The position numbers and the translations under genes are program-made. From an uncultured Thermoplasmatales archaeon (GTDB lineage Archaea; Thermoplasmatota; E2; DHVEG-1), in contig CAZQXW010000014.1 in assembly GCA_964597365.1 (NCBI GenBank), positions 1 to 43,727 on the forward strand: 43,727 nt of DNA. Reading direction: 5' to 3'. How positions within the stretch are numbered: the stretch's first letter is position 1; every line of letters begins with the position of its first letter. The notes beneath the pieces were generated by a model, which worked only from the letters and a program-made list of their open reading frames with translations, made no database searches and was not told the DNA's origin. This document shows positions 1 through 9,591 of this stretch, in pieces.

Positions 1-113
1 AAAAATCTCAACAGCCATATTAATCATTAATAGAAAAATATTAACCATTTATAAAACTTTGGGAAAAACTATACACCAATACAATTAAAAATACAATAAT
101 ACAATACCAATTT

Positions 114-569
114 GTGATAGAAATAAGAAACTTCAGGCCAACAGATACATTCAAAGTAATTAAACTTGCATCAATCACACTTACAGAACACTACAACCCA
201 AGCATTTTCACATATTTCTATGAAACATATCCACAAGGATTTCTAGTTGCAGAACAAAACCACAAAATAATAGGATTCTTAACAGCAGTAAAACTATCGG
301 ACACACTTTCAAAAATTCTTATGCTATCCGTAGATCCTGATTTTCAAGGCAGAAAAGTTGGAGTGAAACTCTTATCTGAATTTTTAAAAAAATCCATACA
401 AGAAAAAATTAAAGTCATAGAGTTAGAAGTCAGAGTAGACAATCCAAAAGCAATAAAATTCTATGAAAAAAATGGATTTAAAATAACAGGAAAAATAAAA
501 GAATTTTATCAAGACAAAGAAAGTGCATATACTATGAAATTAAATTTCAATAGCATTAGCAGTTCTTAA
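114..569 (+). CDS. GNAT family N-acetyltransferase (RimI-like)
   Basis: 151 aa with the acetyl-CoA-binding motif of the GNAT fold (…LSVDPDFQGRKVGVKLL… / …KFYEKNGF…). Starts on GTG. Confidence 0.8.
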   Translation: MIEIRNFRPTDTFKVIKLASITLTEHYNPSIFTYFYETYPQGFLVAEQNHKIIGFLTAVKLSDTLSKILMLSVDPDFQGRKVGVKLLSEFLKKSIQEKIKVIELEVRVDNPKAIKFYEKNGFKITGKIKEFYQDKESAYTMKLNFNSISSS

Positions 570-860
570 TAATTCTTTTTCTTTTTCGGTCATAAAGCGT
601 TCTGCCATCTGCTCAAGACGACCTGAAACTTTTTCAAGACCTGGACAGTTGTTATTTGAAAGAAGTGTTGCAATACCGCGGCTGAGGGTAAATACTGCAA
701 GCTTGTGTTCTCTTTTTGATTTATAAACTTGATATGGAGTTACATCTAGTTTTTTATAAGGCTTAAATTCAACTCCACCATTCGTAGTAACCATGTCCTC
801 AAGATGTGTTTTTAATTGAAGTAAAAAAGTATGTAGTTGTATCAGTTCATCTTTCTGCAT
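540..860 (-). CDS. small conserved archaeal protein (UPF0058-like); function unknown
   Basis: 106-aa ORF with normal amino-acid composition. My memory match to the UPF0058 family of ~90-100 aa archaeal proteins is tentative. Its 3' end overlaps the GNAT gene convergently by 30 nt. Confidence 0.45.
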   Translation of the reverse strand: MQKDELIQLHTFLLQLKTHLEDMVTTNGGVEFKPYKKLDVTPYQVYKSKREHKLAVFTLSRGIATLLSNNNCPGLEKVSGRLEQMAERFMTEKEKELLRTANAIEI

Positions 861-1002
861 ATTTAATCAGTCCCTCGTATCCCAAAGAATTTAGATAACC
901 AAATAATCGTAAGGCTTTTTATGATTTTCTATCAAACTTTTAAATATAAGAAAATGATACGGTCTTGCTAATATTTTTATAAAAGAAAAATATAAAAAAG
1001 AA

Positions 1003-2289
1003 TCATTCAAGATCCTTTTTTGTTAAAACTCTAACTGAACTTGGTTTTTTAACAACATTTCCAAGTTTTATACCAACGATTTCTTTGACATTTTTATTGT
1101 TTGCAATGTCAAGAAGTCTTTGTGTTATTATTCCATCAAAAACAACTACAGAGATGTTGTTGCTCTTCTTAAGTGAATCAGTAAGTTCACGCACTGGTAT
1201 TTTCTTTAGCTCTTTGTTGTTTTTATCAAATAAAACTGCCTTGAGACTTCCAGATATATCCTTTAATATCTTTCCATATTTCTTCTGTTGCTCAGCAGAT
1301 ATTTTCTCAGGCTGTTTTGACTGTTTTTTATCTGAATCCCCTTTTGATTTCTGTTGCTTACTTTCTTTTTTGTCATCTTTTTTATCTTTTTTATTGGCAT
1401 GTTGTTGAGCTTGATGATTCTGTTTTTCGTTACCTGTTTTGTCTTTTTTTTCAAACTTTATATCATACATCTCAGCATATTGTTCTGCTGGTATCTTGTT
1501 TTTCAAAGCTTTCATTATAAGCTTTTGTGGAATTTCTTCTACTTCACGAGTTTGAGGTGCACGAGCTACAAAGTCAATGTCTGCTGTTTGCAAGAGTTCC
1601 TTTAATATTAGTTCTCCGCCACGGTCACCATCGACAAAAGCAGTAGTTATTCGCTCTTTGGTAAGCTCCATTATGCTTTTTGGAATGTTTGTTCCGCCAA
1701 CTGCAATCACGTTTTTAATGCCGTATTTTAAAAGATTTAAAACATCACGTCTGCCTTCTACAAGTATTATCGCATCACTTTTTTCTATATTAGGGCCCGC
1801 TGGACAATGATCTGGACCATAGTTTGTAATCTCTTCGACTTGAACTGCTTGACGAACGTTATCTGCAATGCTTTTGCCTTCTGCTTTTCCTTCTTCCATT
1901 ACTTTGTTTAGAAGCTCTTTTGCACGTTCTATTACTTGTTTTCTACGAACAACACGGACGTCTTCTACTTCGTCGGCAGTAATTTTTGCTTTGCAAGGAC
2001 CAACACGGTCAATACTTTCAAAGGCTGCTGCGATTATCACGGTTTCAACCTTATCAAGTGAGGTTGGAAGAGTAATTATTCCTTCAGATTTTCCATTCTT
2101 TGATTCGAGTTCTACTTCAATTCTTCCAACGCGGGCAGATCTTTGAAGTTCACGAAGGTCAAGCTCGTCACCAAGAAGTCCTTCAGTTTGTCCGAATATC
2201 GCGCCTACTACGTCAGATTTTTCAACGATTCCATCAGCTTTTATATGAGCCTTAATTAAATATTTAGTTGTTGCAGGATCTATTACCAT
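1003..2289 (-). CDS. dnaG: archaeal DnaG-type primase (Toprim domain), exosome-associated type
   Basis: N-terminus MVIDPATTKYLIKAHIKADGIVEKSDVVGAIFGQTEGLLGDELDLRELQ is the conserved archaeal DnaG signature. The central Toprim has a conserved Glu and a DGD motif (…ILVEGRRD…FVDGDRGGE…). There is no N-terminal zinc ribbon, so it is not bacterial DnaG. It contains a K/Q/D-rich low-complexity insertion. Confidence 0.85.
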   Translation of the reverse strand: MVIDPATTKYLIKAHIKADGIVEKSDVVGAIFGQTEGLLGDELDLRELQRSARVGRIEVELESKNGKSEGIITLPTSLDKVETVIIAAAFESIDRVGPCKAKITADEVEDVRVVRRKQVIERAKELLNKVMEEGKAEGKSIADNVRQAVQVEEITNYGPDHCPAGPNIEKSDAIILVEGRRDVLNLLKYGIKNVIAVGGTNIPKSIMELTKERITTAFVDGDRGGELILKELLQTADIDFVARAPQTREVEEIPQKLIMKALKNKIPAEQYAEMYDIKFEKKDKTGNEKQNHQAQQHANKKDKKDDKKESKQQKSKGDSDKKQSKQPEKISAEQQKKYGKILKDISGSLKAVLFDKNNKELKKIPVRELTDSLKKSNNISVVVFDGIITQRLLDIANNKNVKEIVGIKLGNVVKKPSSVRVLTKKDLE

Positions 2290-2501
2290 TATTTATCACC
2301 TTTATTCTTTTATCTTTTTGAAAAATAGCACCTTTATCCGCTTTGCTTTTAGCAAATAATAGGTGGTTCCTCCACTTATTTTCAATTTGCCTATGATTTT
2401 GTTTTTTTAAGTAAATATGATGCGGTTAAACCTGATTAATCTAATTTGATTAATGCACCAACATATCTATATTTGGTGCTATTTTTCATTCGTATATTTT
2501 A

Positions 2502-2527
2502 CACTAATATACACTTATATATTAGTG
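2502..2527. promoter_or_regulatory. 10-bp perfect inverted repeat CACTAATATA-cactta-TATATTAGTG ~50 nt upstream of metG, in the divergent dnaG/metG intergenic region
   Basis: Seen directly in the sequence. It overlaps AT-rich TATA-like sequence. Confidence 0.3.
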
Positions 2528-2576
2528 TTGCGCCATATTTAAATGTTGTGCTTGTATACAGGCATAAGAGTTACAT

Positions 2577-4706
2577 ATGAAGGAAAAAATATACATTGGA
2601 GTTGCATGGCCATACGCAAATGGGTCGCTTCATCTTGGCCATATTGCAGGATGCTATTTACCTGCAGACATATTTGCAAGATTCAATAGAATGATTGGAA
2701 ATGATGTTTTAATGGTCTCAGGAAGCGACGAACATGGAACACCTGTGACACTTACTGCAGACAAAGAAAACATAACTCCTCAACAAGTAGTTGACAAGTT
2801 TTTTAAACAACATTCTGAGAACATGAAACAATTTGGTATTTCTTTTGATTTATTTACAAGGACTTCTACCAAGAGTCATGAAGAAGTCGTCCAAGATGTT
2901 TTCAAAACTCTTTATAAAAAAAAGTATATCTACAAAAAAGAAGTAGAATCATTTTATTGTACTGATTGCAACAGATTTTTACCAGATCGATACATAGAAG
3001 GCACATGTCCTTTCTGCAAGAAAGAAGGTGCTCGTGGAGATCAATGCGACAACTGTGGAAAATTACTTGACCCACAGGATCTAATTAATGTAAAATGTAA
3101 GATTTGTGGGAGTACGCCTGAGATAAGAACTAGCGAGCATTTCTTTTTAGCACTTTCAAAATTTGAACAAAAGCTTCTAGATTGGATGAAAGATAAAAAA
3201 CACTGGAAAGCAAGTGTAAAAAAATTTACTGAAAATTGGCTTAAAAATGGACTAGAGGATAGAGCAATAACCCGCGATATTTCATGGGGAATAACTGTAC
3301 CAATAAAAGGTTTTGATGAAAAAAGAATCTATGTCTGGTTCGAAGCAGTGATTGGATATCTTTCAGCAAGCAAAGAATGGGCAAAAAAAGAAGGCAACAG
3401 CTGGGAGCATTGGTGGAAAAGTCCTGATGCAAAGCATTATTATTTCTTGGCAAAAGATAACATCCCATTCCACAGCATTATTTGGCCTTCGATTTTAATG
3501 GGATACAGTGATGATCTCGGTCTTCCTTACGACATTCCTGCAAATGAATACCTAATGCTAAAAGGTGAACAGTTCTCAAAAAGCAGAGGCATTGCAGTAT
3601 GGGTACCAGATATTGTTAAAAAATTAGACATCGATCCTGTAAGATATTATTTGTCAATAAATATGCCAGAAAATAAGGATACAAACTGGCTCTGGGATGA
3701 TTTTGTTGCAAAAAACAATGACGAACTTGTTGGAGCGTATGGAAATTTCATACATCGTGTGATAACTTTTACTCAGAAAAACTTTGGAGAAATACCAAAA
3801 CTAGGAACACTTAACAAAGATGATGAGGAAGTAATTGAAAAGACTAAAGAAACATCAAAAGAAGTATCAGATGCAATTAGTAAATGTGAGTTTAAAAAAG
3901 GCCTTAGAGCTGCAATGAATCTTGCGCAGTTTGGAAATGTATATTTTGATAAAAAACAGCCATGGAAATTGGTAAAAGATGATAAAGAGGCATGTGCAAC
4001 AGTACTTCACATATGCCTTAAAATTGTAAAATCATTATCAATTTTTATGCAGCCTTATCTTCCTTTTTCATCAGATAAAATCTATAAAATGATAGGTGAA
4101 AAAGGATCTGTTGAGAATATTTCATGGGATGATGCTTTAAAAGATCTTAAAACAGGGTTTAAACTTGAAAGACCACAACCCTTGTTTAAAAAACTAGACA
4201 TAAACGAGTTTATGCCAAAAGAAGACCCCTTTTCAAAGGTTGATTTAAGAGTTGCAAAAATATTGGATGTAAAAGATCATCCTCAGGCAGACAAACTTTA
4301 TATGCTTCATCTTGACCTTGGAAAAATGGGAAAAAGAGTAATTGTTGCAGGTATGAAACCATATTATAAGGTTGATGAAATCAAAGGTAAAAAAATCGTG
4401 GTTGTTTCAAACTTAAAACCTGCAACTATTCGTGGTGTAAAATCTAATGGCATGCTACTTGCAGCAGAAGATGAGAAAGGCGTGGTCTCATTACTTGATC
4501 CTGCTGATTCAGAACCAGGCTCAGAAGTAATAATAGAAGGCATTGAAAAAAATCCTTCAAAAGTTTTAGATTTTGATGATTTCAAAAAAATTAAACTCAT
4601 AATTGAGTATGGTGGAAAAGCTACTTATAATAATAAAGTATTGCGTGCTGAAAAAGGTGAAGTAGTAACTGATAAACCTGTAGAAAAAGGTGCAAAAATA
4701 CTATAA
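2577..4706 (+). CDS. metG: methionyl-tRNA synthetase with C-terminal tRNA-binding (EMAP/Trbp111-like) domain
   Basis: 709 aa. Has the class I HIGH-type motif (…GSLHLGHIAG…), KMSKS-type motif (KFSKSRG) and zinc knuckles (CPFC…CDNC / CKIC). The C-terminal OB-fold region reads …VAKILDVKDHPQADKLYMLHLDLG…. Confidence 0.95.
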   Translation: MKEKIYIGVAWPYANGSLHLGHIAGCYLPADIFARFNRMIGNDVLMVSGSDEHGTPVTLTADKENITPQQVVDKFFKQHSENMKQFGISFDLFTRTSTKSHEEVVQDVFKTLYKKKYIYKKEVESFYCTDCNRFLPDRYIEGTCPFCKKEGARGDQCDNCGKLLDPQDLINVKCKICGSTPEIRTSEHFFLALSKFEQKLLDWMKDKKHWKASVKKFTENWLKNGLEDRAITRDISWGITVPIKGFDEKRIYVWFEAVIGYLSASKEWAKKEGNSWEHWWKSPDAKHYYFLAKDNIPFHSIIWPSILMGYSDDLGLPYDIPANEYLMLKGEQFSKSRGIAVWVPDIVKKLDIDPVRYYLSINMPENKDTNWLWDDFVAKNNDELVGAYGNFIHRVITFTQKNFGEIPKLGTLNKDDEEVIEKTKETSKEVSDAISKCEFKKGLRAAMNLAQFGNVYFDKKQPWKLVKDDKEACATVLHICLKIVKSLSIFMQPYLPFSSDKIYKMIGEKGSVENISWDDALKDLKTGFKLERPQPLFKKLDINEFMPKEDPFSKVDLRVAKILDVKDHPQADKLYMLHLDLGKMGKRVIVAGMKPYYKVDEIKGKKIVVVSNLKPATIRGVKSNGMLLAAEDEKGVVSLLDPADSEPGSEVIIEGIEKNPSKVLDFDDFKKIKLIIEYGGKATYNNKVLRAEKGEVVTDKPVEKGAKIL

Positions 4707-4724
4707 GGATTCGGGAGGAAAAAA

Positions 4725-5612
4725 ATGGTTGTTGTAACTGAAACAGATTTACCTATAAAGGCATTTAAAAAAGGAAAAGTAAGAGATATATATGATTTAG
4801 GCGACAAACTTTTACTCATTGTAACTGACAGAATCAGTGCTTTTGATTTTGTCCTTCATGAGTCAATTCCAAAGAAAGGAATTTGTCTCACACAAATTTC
4901 AAAATTCTGGTTCGAACACTTTAAAGATACAGTTGAAAGTCATATGATAAGTGCAAATGTAAAAGAATTTCCAGAAGAACTCAAACAATATGAGGATTCA
5001 CTAAAAGGAAGAAGCATGCTTGTCAAAAAAGCAAAGGTCTTTCCTATCGAGTGTATCGTTCGTGGTTATATATCTGGTTCTGCCTGGAAATCATATCAGA
5101 AGGATGGTACGGTCTGTGGAATAAAACTTGCAGAAGGACTTAAAGAATCAGATAAATTCGAAGAACCACTTTTTACACCTTCAACAAAAGCAGATACAGG
5201 ACACGATGAAAACATATCATATGAAAAAATGAAAGAAATAATTGGAGAAGATGACGCTGAAAGACTAAAAGAACTATCCCTCAAGCTTTACAAAGAAGGT
5301 GCAGAATATGCCCGAAAGAAAGGAATAATTATTGCAGATACTAAGTTTGAATTTGGAAAAATCGGCAATGAGATAATTCTAGTCGATGAGGCTTTAACAC
5401 CAGATTCCAGCAGATTTTGGCCCGCAGATTTATATGAACCCGGTAAGAGTCAGCCAAGTTTTGACAAGCAATATGTTCGTGATTACTTGAGTACTACAGG
5501 CTGGGATAAAAACAGTAACCCTCCACATTTGCCAGATGAGGTAGTAGAGGAGACTCAGAAAAAATATCAAGAAGCATATGAACAATTAACTGGGGAAAAA
5601 TTTGATTTTTAA
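4725..5612 (+). CDS. purC: phosphoribosylaminoimidazole-succinocarboxamide (SAICAR) synthase
   Basis: 295 aa. Carries the SAICAR synthetase signatures (…GKVRDIYDLGDKLLLIVTDRISAFD…, …IIIADTKFEFG…). The upstream SD is GGGAGG. Confidence 0.95.
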   Translation: MVVVTETDLPIKAFKKGKVRDIYDLGDKLLLIVTDRISAFDFVLHESIPKKGICLTQISKFWFEHFKDTVESHMISANVKEFPEELKQYEDSLKGRSMLVKKAKVFPIECIVRGYISGSAWKSYQKDGTVCGIKLAEGLKESDKFEEPLFTPSTKADTGHDENISYEKMKEIIGEDDAERLKELSLKLYKEGAEYARKKGIIIADTKFEFGKIGNEIILVDEALTPDSSRFWPADLYEPGKSQPSFDKQYVRDYLSTTGWDKNSNPPHLPDEVVEETQKKYQEAYEQLTGEKFDF

Positions 5613-7099
5613 GAAATAAAAGAAAGTTTTATTTCTTTTTCACTTTCTTTTTCTACCTGTGTTTTTAGATAATATGTTCTCTCTAATCCATTTTCTCTTG
5701 TTTGAATGACAGTTGCATTCTCTATAAGATATGCTCTTTTTGGAACAGTAAATTTAACAAGAACAGACATGTTTTTTTCTAAATCATTTGTAACTTTTGC
5801 AATATACTGGCTCTCATATTCAAGGTCCAATTTGTAGGATGGAATACTATATTTTGGTTCTTTATAATTGTAGGAAACAATGGATCCGTCTTCTACTTTG
5901 ATCATTCTGTATCCCCAGTATCCATCATCTACTTCAATCCCACTTTCCGGAGTGGTTGTCGTGACAAAAATCGTATCATTTTTAATTGTAACATTATCCC
6001 AGTGTACATGACCTGCTAGAACCATATCAACATTATAATCATCTATTAAGTTTAGTATTTTATTTTGATTTTTATAATGCAATCTTAAGAAATTGTCATG
6101 AATTGTATCCCATATTGGGTTATGATGCATGAGCATAAGTGTTAGATTCGCATCATTTGACTCTAAATCATTTTCTACCCAATCAATTTGTTCATCGCCA
6201 ATGCTTCCACCCCAGTTTAGCGCTAAAAATGAAAAAGCCCATCTCTGACGTGCTGGCCAGTCAAATGAGTTTATTGATAAAAAGTGAGAGCCCCCATAAT
6301 CAAAAGAGTAGTAAAGAGGTCCAAAGTATTCTTGCCATATACTAAGTCCATCTTCACCGAGTCTTCTGTATCCATCATGATTTCCTGGAGCAAGATATGT
6401 TGGTACATCAAACATTTGAAGCATTTCATAACATTTTTTGTATTCTCTTTTGTATTCAAATGGATAGAGTTGGCCAAATACCAAGTCACCAGATATTACC
6501 ACAAAATCGGGATGTAAAAGGTTTATTTCTGAAATGCATTTTTTAATTGATTTATATCCTATAGTTTCAGTAATACTTTCTGCAAAACCACGTGGGTCCC
6601 CTACATGAAGATCAGTAATGTGTATAAACGTAAAATTATCATCTATTTCATCTACAACATTTACGGCTCTAGGTTCACAGTTATAGTGATATGTATCATC
6701 TTTTAGAACAACTGCTGTAAGATTATATAGTTCAGAAGGAACTTCAAGAGGTACACTTACATTTACATACCACAGGCCATCAATTTCTTGTGTATCTTTT
6801 ACTTCTAGCCAAAATTCATCAACTATTGACTCATAAGCAGTCGATATATAAAAATATATATTTTCAAATATCTTTGATTCAATACGGACTGTGAAATTCC
6901 CGCCATGCCCAACTATTACTGGGCAACTAGAGCGAGGAGAAAATATCTCAACAATATCAGATTTTTCAAAGTTTTGAGGAAGAACTATAAAGTTTGTATC
7001 AACATTTGTCTTTGTAACAATCGAAGAAAAGCCTGTACCCGAAAAAAGCAGGATAAACAAGCATAAAGATATCAACTTAATAGCAAATTTAGATTTCAT
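5609..7099 (-). CDS. secreted/surface metallophosphoesterase (calcineurin-like) with N- and C-terminal accessory domains
   Basis: 496 aa. N-terminal signal peptide (MKSKFAIKLISLCLFILLFSGTGFSS). Phosphoesterase motifs are present: FIHITDLHVGD, VVISGDLVF, GNHD, HHNP, GHVHW. It has many N-x-S/T sequons. Confidence 0.8.
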   Translation of the reverse strand: MKSKFAIKLISLCLFILLFSGTGFSSIVTKTNVDTNFIVLPQNFEKSDIVEIFSPRSSCPVIVGHGGNFTVRIESKIFENIYFYISTAYESIVDEFWLEVKDTQEIDGLWYVNVSVPLEVPSELYNLTAVVLKDDTYHYNCEPRAVNVVDEIDDNFTFIHITDLHVGDPRGFAESITETIGYKSIKKCISEINLLHPDFVVISGDLVFGQLYPFEYKREYKKCYEMLQMFDVPTYLAPGNHDGYRRLGEDGLSIWQEYFGPLYYSFDYGGSHFLSINSFDWPARQRWAFSFLALNWGGSIGDEQIDWVENDLESNDANLTLMLMHHNPIWDTIHDNFLRLHYKNQNKILNLIDDYNVDMVLAGHVHWDNVTIKNDTIFVTTTTPESGIEVDDGYWGYRMIKVEDGSIVSYNYKEPKYSIPSYKLDLEYESQYIAKVTNDLEKNMSVLVKFTVPKRAYLIENATVIQTRENGLERTYYLKTQVEKESEKEIKLSFIS

Positions 7100-7262
7100 T
7101 TTAAACTCCTTTATTATTTACATCAGCCTTATATTTATATTTTATCTATATAAAACTAATATCTGTTTCACAAAATCAACTACTAGAAACAAAAATAATA
7201 ATTTCTTTTTCATATCTAATAATTTATATAATCATATAATAATGAACTTATACATTGCTAAA

Positions 7263-8084
7263 TTAGCCCAATTGGACAGGAGTTCTCCAATCCAATCCTG
7301 GAGTTCTCGATCCCACCTTTGGGATAAGCGGAGTATGCCTCTTATGCTGACTGTCAACACGCATATTTTTAACTTTTTTAACAAAAGAAGTACTTACATT
7401 TGCATCTTTTGCAATAGTTGAAATATCTTTTTTAAATTCAAGGCCTAAAAGAATTTTATCAAGAGTTTTATAATTGCATCCAAGTTCTTTTTCATCAGTC
7501 TGACCTTTTATAAGGCCTGCTGTCGGGGGTTTTTTAATGATTTCTTCAGGTATTTTTAAAAACTTTGCAATCTCGTAGATCTGAGTTTTGTAAAGATCTC
7601 CTATGGGCATTATATCAACGCCACCATCCCCATATTTTGTAAAGTATCCAACTAATATTTCTGATTTATTGGAAGTTCCACAAACAAGGCTTTTTTCCAT
7701 AAACGCATATTCAAATAAAATAGCCATTCTAATTCTTGCCTTCAAGTTTGCACGAGCCATTTTATTAGGTGCCACTGCTGAAATATTTGATATTTGTTTT
7801 ACAACAGGGTCAATATTTATTGTTTTTGACAAAAGATCATATTTTTTGACGATTTGTTTTTGATGTTTTATATCATTTTTTGGTGTTGCCTCTTCGGGTA
7901 AAAATAAACATAGAGTATTTTCTTTTCCAAGTACTTGTTTGCAAAGAACTGCTGTTACTGCTGAATCAATTCCTCCGGAAAGGCCAAGTATTACACCCTT
8001 GCATTTTGAGTTTTCAACATATGTTTTAATGAAGTCTTTGATAACTGTTGTTACTTCTTCGTAATCCAGTGTTATTTTAATCAA
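7263..8084 (-). CDS. nadE: NH3-dependent NAD+ synthetase
   Basis: 273 aa. PP-loop SGGIDS (…GVILGLSGGIDSAV…) and the overall NadE fold. Confidence 0.9.
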   Translation of the reverse strand: MIKITLDYEEVTTVIKDFIKTYVENSKCKGVILGLSGGIDSAVTAVLCKQVLGKENTLCLFLPEEATPKNDIKHQKQIVKKYDLLSKTINIDPVVKQISNISAVAPNKMARANLKARIRMAILFEYAFMEKSLVCGTSNKSEILVGYFTKYGDGGVDIMPIGDLYKTQIYEIAKFLKIPEEIIKKPPTAGLIKGQTDEKELGCNYKTLDKILLGLEFKKDISTIAKDANVSTSFVKKVKNMRVDSQHKRHTPLIPKVGSRTPGLDWRTPVQLG

Positions 8085-8093
8085 CTCCAGTAT

Positions 8094-8639
8094 TCAAAAT
8101 CTTGTTGTATCCTTATAAATTGAACCCCCTTGAGAGTCCATTGCAACTATAAGAGGGCCAAATTCTTTTACTTCAAATATCCAGACTGCTTCTGCCATAC
8201 CAAGTTTGTCTAGAAAGTATACATCTTTTACTTTTTTTATGCTGTCCGCTGCAAGAGCACCTGCACCACCAGTATATGATGTATACACAGATATATATTT
8301 TTGTAGTGCTTTTTGTGTATTTTTTCCCATATCTCCTTTTCCTATAATAAAGTTGGTTTTGAATTTTTTAATAAATTTATCTTCAAAAAGCTCCATTCTA
8401 CTACTAGTTGTAGGGCCAGCAGAAACTACTTTCCATTCACCTTTTTCTTTTTTCATTAAGGGCCCACAGTGATACAAAGCCATATCTGATATATCAAAAG
8501 GAATATCTTTATTTTCAAGCATAATTTCATGTGCTGCATCACGAGCAGTAAAAACAGTTCCAGTAAGATATATGATATCACCAACGCGAAGTTTTTTAAT
8601 ATCATCTGAGCTGACCGGTGTTTTTAGATGATATTCCAT
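8094..8639 (-). CDS. fumB: fumarate hydratase class I, beta subunit (Fe-S hydro-lyase, C-terminal catalytic domain)
   Basis: 181 aa with typical beta-subunit sequence (…GDIIYLTGTVFTARDAAH…). It lies immediately downstream of the alpha subunit on the same strand, with a 0-nt gap. Confidence 0.85.
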   Translation of the reverse strand: MEYHLKTPVSSDDIKKLRVGDIIYLTGTVFTARDAAHEIMLENKDIPFDISDMALYHCGPLMKKEKGEWKVVSAGPTTSSRMELFEDKFIKKFKTNFIIGKGDMGKNTQKALQKYISVYTSYTGGAGALAADSIKKVKDVYFLDKLGMAEAVWIFEVKEFGPLIVAMDSQGGSIYKDTTRF

Positions 8640-9500
8640 TTATTTAACCCCCCATGAACCATCTTTTTCTATAATCATTGTAGCACGTCTATCAGCCCAA
8701 CACTGAACAACAAGCCCTACTGGAAGACTTGCAGGATGCCGGGGTGCTTTTTCAATATGAACATCTAAAACTGTCGTATTACCACCTAGACCCATAGGGC
8801 CTACTCCACTTTTGTTTACCTCTTCTTTTATGTATTTTTCAATTTTTGCAATGTTTTTATCAGGATGATTTACACCTACAGGCCTGAGAAGCGCTGTTTT
8901 TCCAAGTTTCATTGCAAGATCAGCACCACCACCAATACCTATCCCAATCACTGTTGGAGGACATGGGTTTCCTCCAGCACTAATAATTTCTTTTACAACA
9001 AAATCCTTAACACCTTCGATTCCTTCACCAGGTTTAAGCATTACAAGCTTGCTCATATTTTCACTGCCACCACCCTTTGGAATTGCAGTGATTTCAACAG
9101 AATTTCCTTCTACGAAATCCCAAGTAATTGCTGGTATATAATCGCCAACATTATCCTTGTGATTAGTACGTGTGAATGGATCAAAAGTATTAGGCCTAAG
9201 AGGTATTTCTGCTGTGGCTCTTTTAACACCTTGAGTAATAATATTTTTTAGTTCCCCAGAATAAGCAAAATCTTTTCCAACTTTTATAAAAAATGTTTGA
9301 ACTCCAGTATCCTGACATAGAGGCCTTTTGGTCTTTTTTGCAATCTTGATATTTTCTAAAATATTTTCAAGTTGAATCTTTGCAATGCCCCCTTCCATTT
9401 TTGATGCTTTTTTGAGAGCAGAAACCACATCATCTGGAAGATCAGTAACAGCTTTTCCAATAAGCTCTACTATGCCTCCCACTAAACTTTCATAATCCAT
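8640..9500 (-). CDS. fumA: fumarate hydratase class I, alpha subunit (Fe-S hydro-lyase, N-terminal domain)
   Basis: 286 aa. Has the CQDTG motif and cysteine ligands typical of class I fumarase/tartrate dehydratase alpha subunits. Confidence 0.85.
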   Translation of the reverse strand: MDYESLVGGIVELIGKAVTDLPDDVVSALKKASKMEGGIAKIQLENILENIKIAKKTKRPLCQDTGVQTFFIKVGKDFAYSGELKNIITQGVKRATAEIPLRPNTFDPFTRTNHKDNVGDYIPAITWDFVEGNSVEITAIPKGGGSENMSKLVMLKPGEGIEGVKDFVVKEIISAGGNPCPPTVIGIGIGGGADLAMKLGKTALLRPVGVNHPDKNIAKIEKYIKEEVNKSGVGPMGLGGNTTVLDVHIEKAPRHPASLPVGLVVQCWADRRATMIIEKDGSWGVK

Positions 9501-9547
9501 TATTCACAAAAACGACAATTAAATTCTAGATGATAAAGATTTTTCAA

Positions 9548-9591
9548 AAATAAAAAAAGAAAAAAAGAGTTTTGGCAGAATATTTACTGCC
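9548..9591 (-). terminator. putative intrinsic terminator of acs (weak hairpin overlapping the stop codon followed by a long oligo-U tract)
   Basis: On the minus strand the sequence reads GGCAG-uaaauauu-CUGCC followed by aaaacUCUUUUUUUCUUUUUUUAUUUUUG. Archaeal termination depends on oligo-T stretches. Confidence 0.45.

Noticed and set aside
1085-1810. Cluster of plus-strand ORFs (1085-1408, 1317-1520, 1354-1605, 1577-1810) and the minus-strand ORF 1263-1454, all overlapping dnaG
   Set aside because: They lie entirely inside the well-supported dnaG CDS and are produced by its low-complexity AAR/GAY-rich codons. Their translations are poly-F/L/S low-complexity strings with no start context.
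2380-2460. Possible C/D-box sRNA (ATGATGC … CTGA … TGATTA) upstream of metG
   Set aside because: Only a partial C box and a D' box are present, with wrong spacing and no terminal D box (CTGA) or terminal stem. It is more likely chance in AT-rich promoter DNA.
3241-3468. Antisense ORFs inside metG, acs, aconitase, icd, uvrA and other genes (for example 3241-3468, 10128-10334, 13148-13450, 18589-18774, 28524-28724)
   Set aside because: All lie within confidently identified long CDSs on the opposite strand. They are short and low-complexity, with no ribosome-binding sites.
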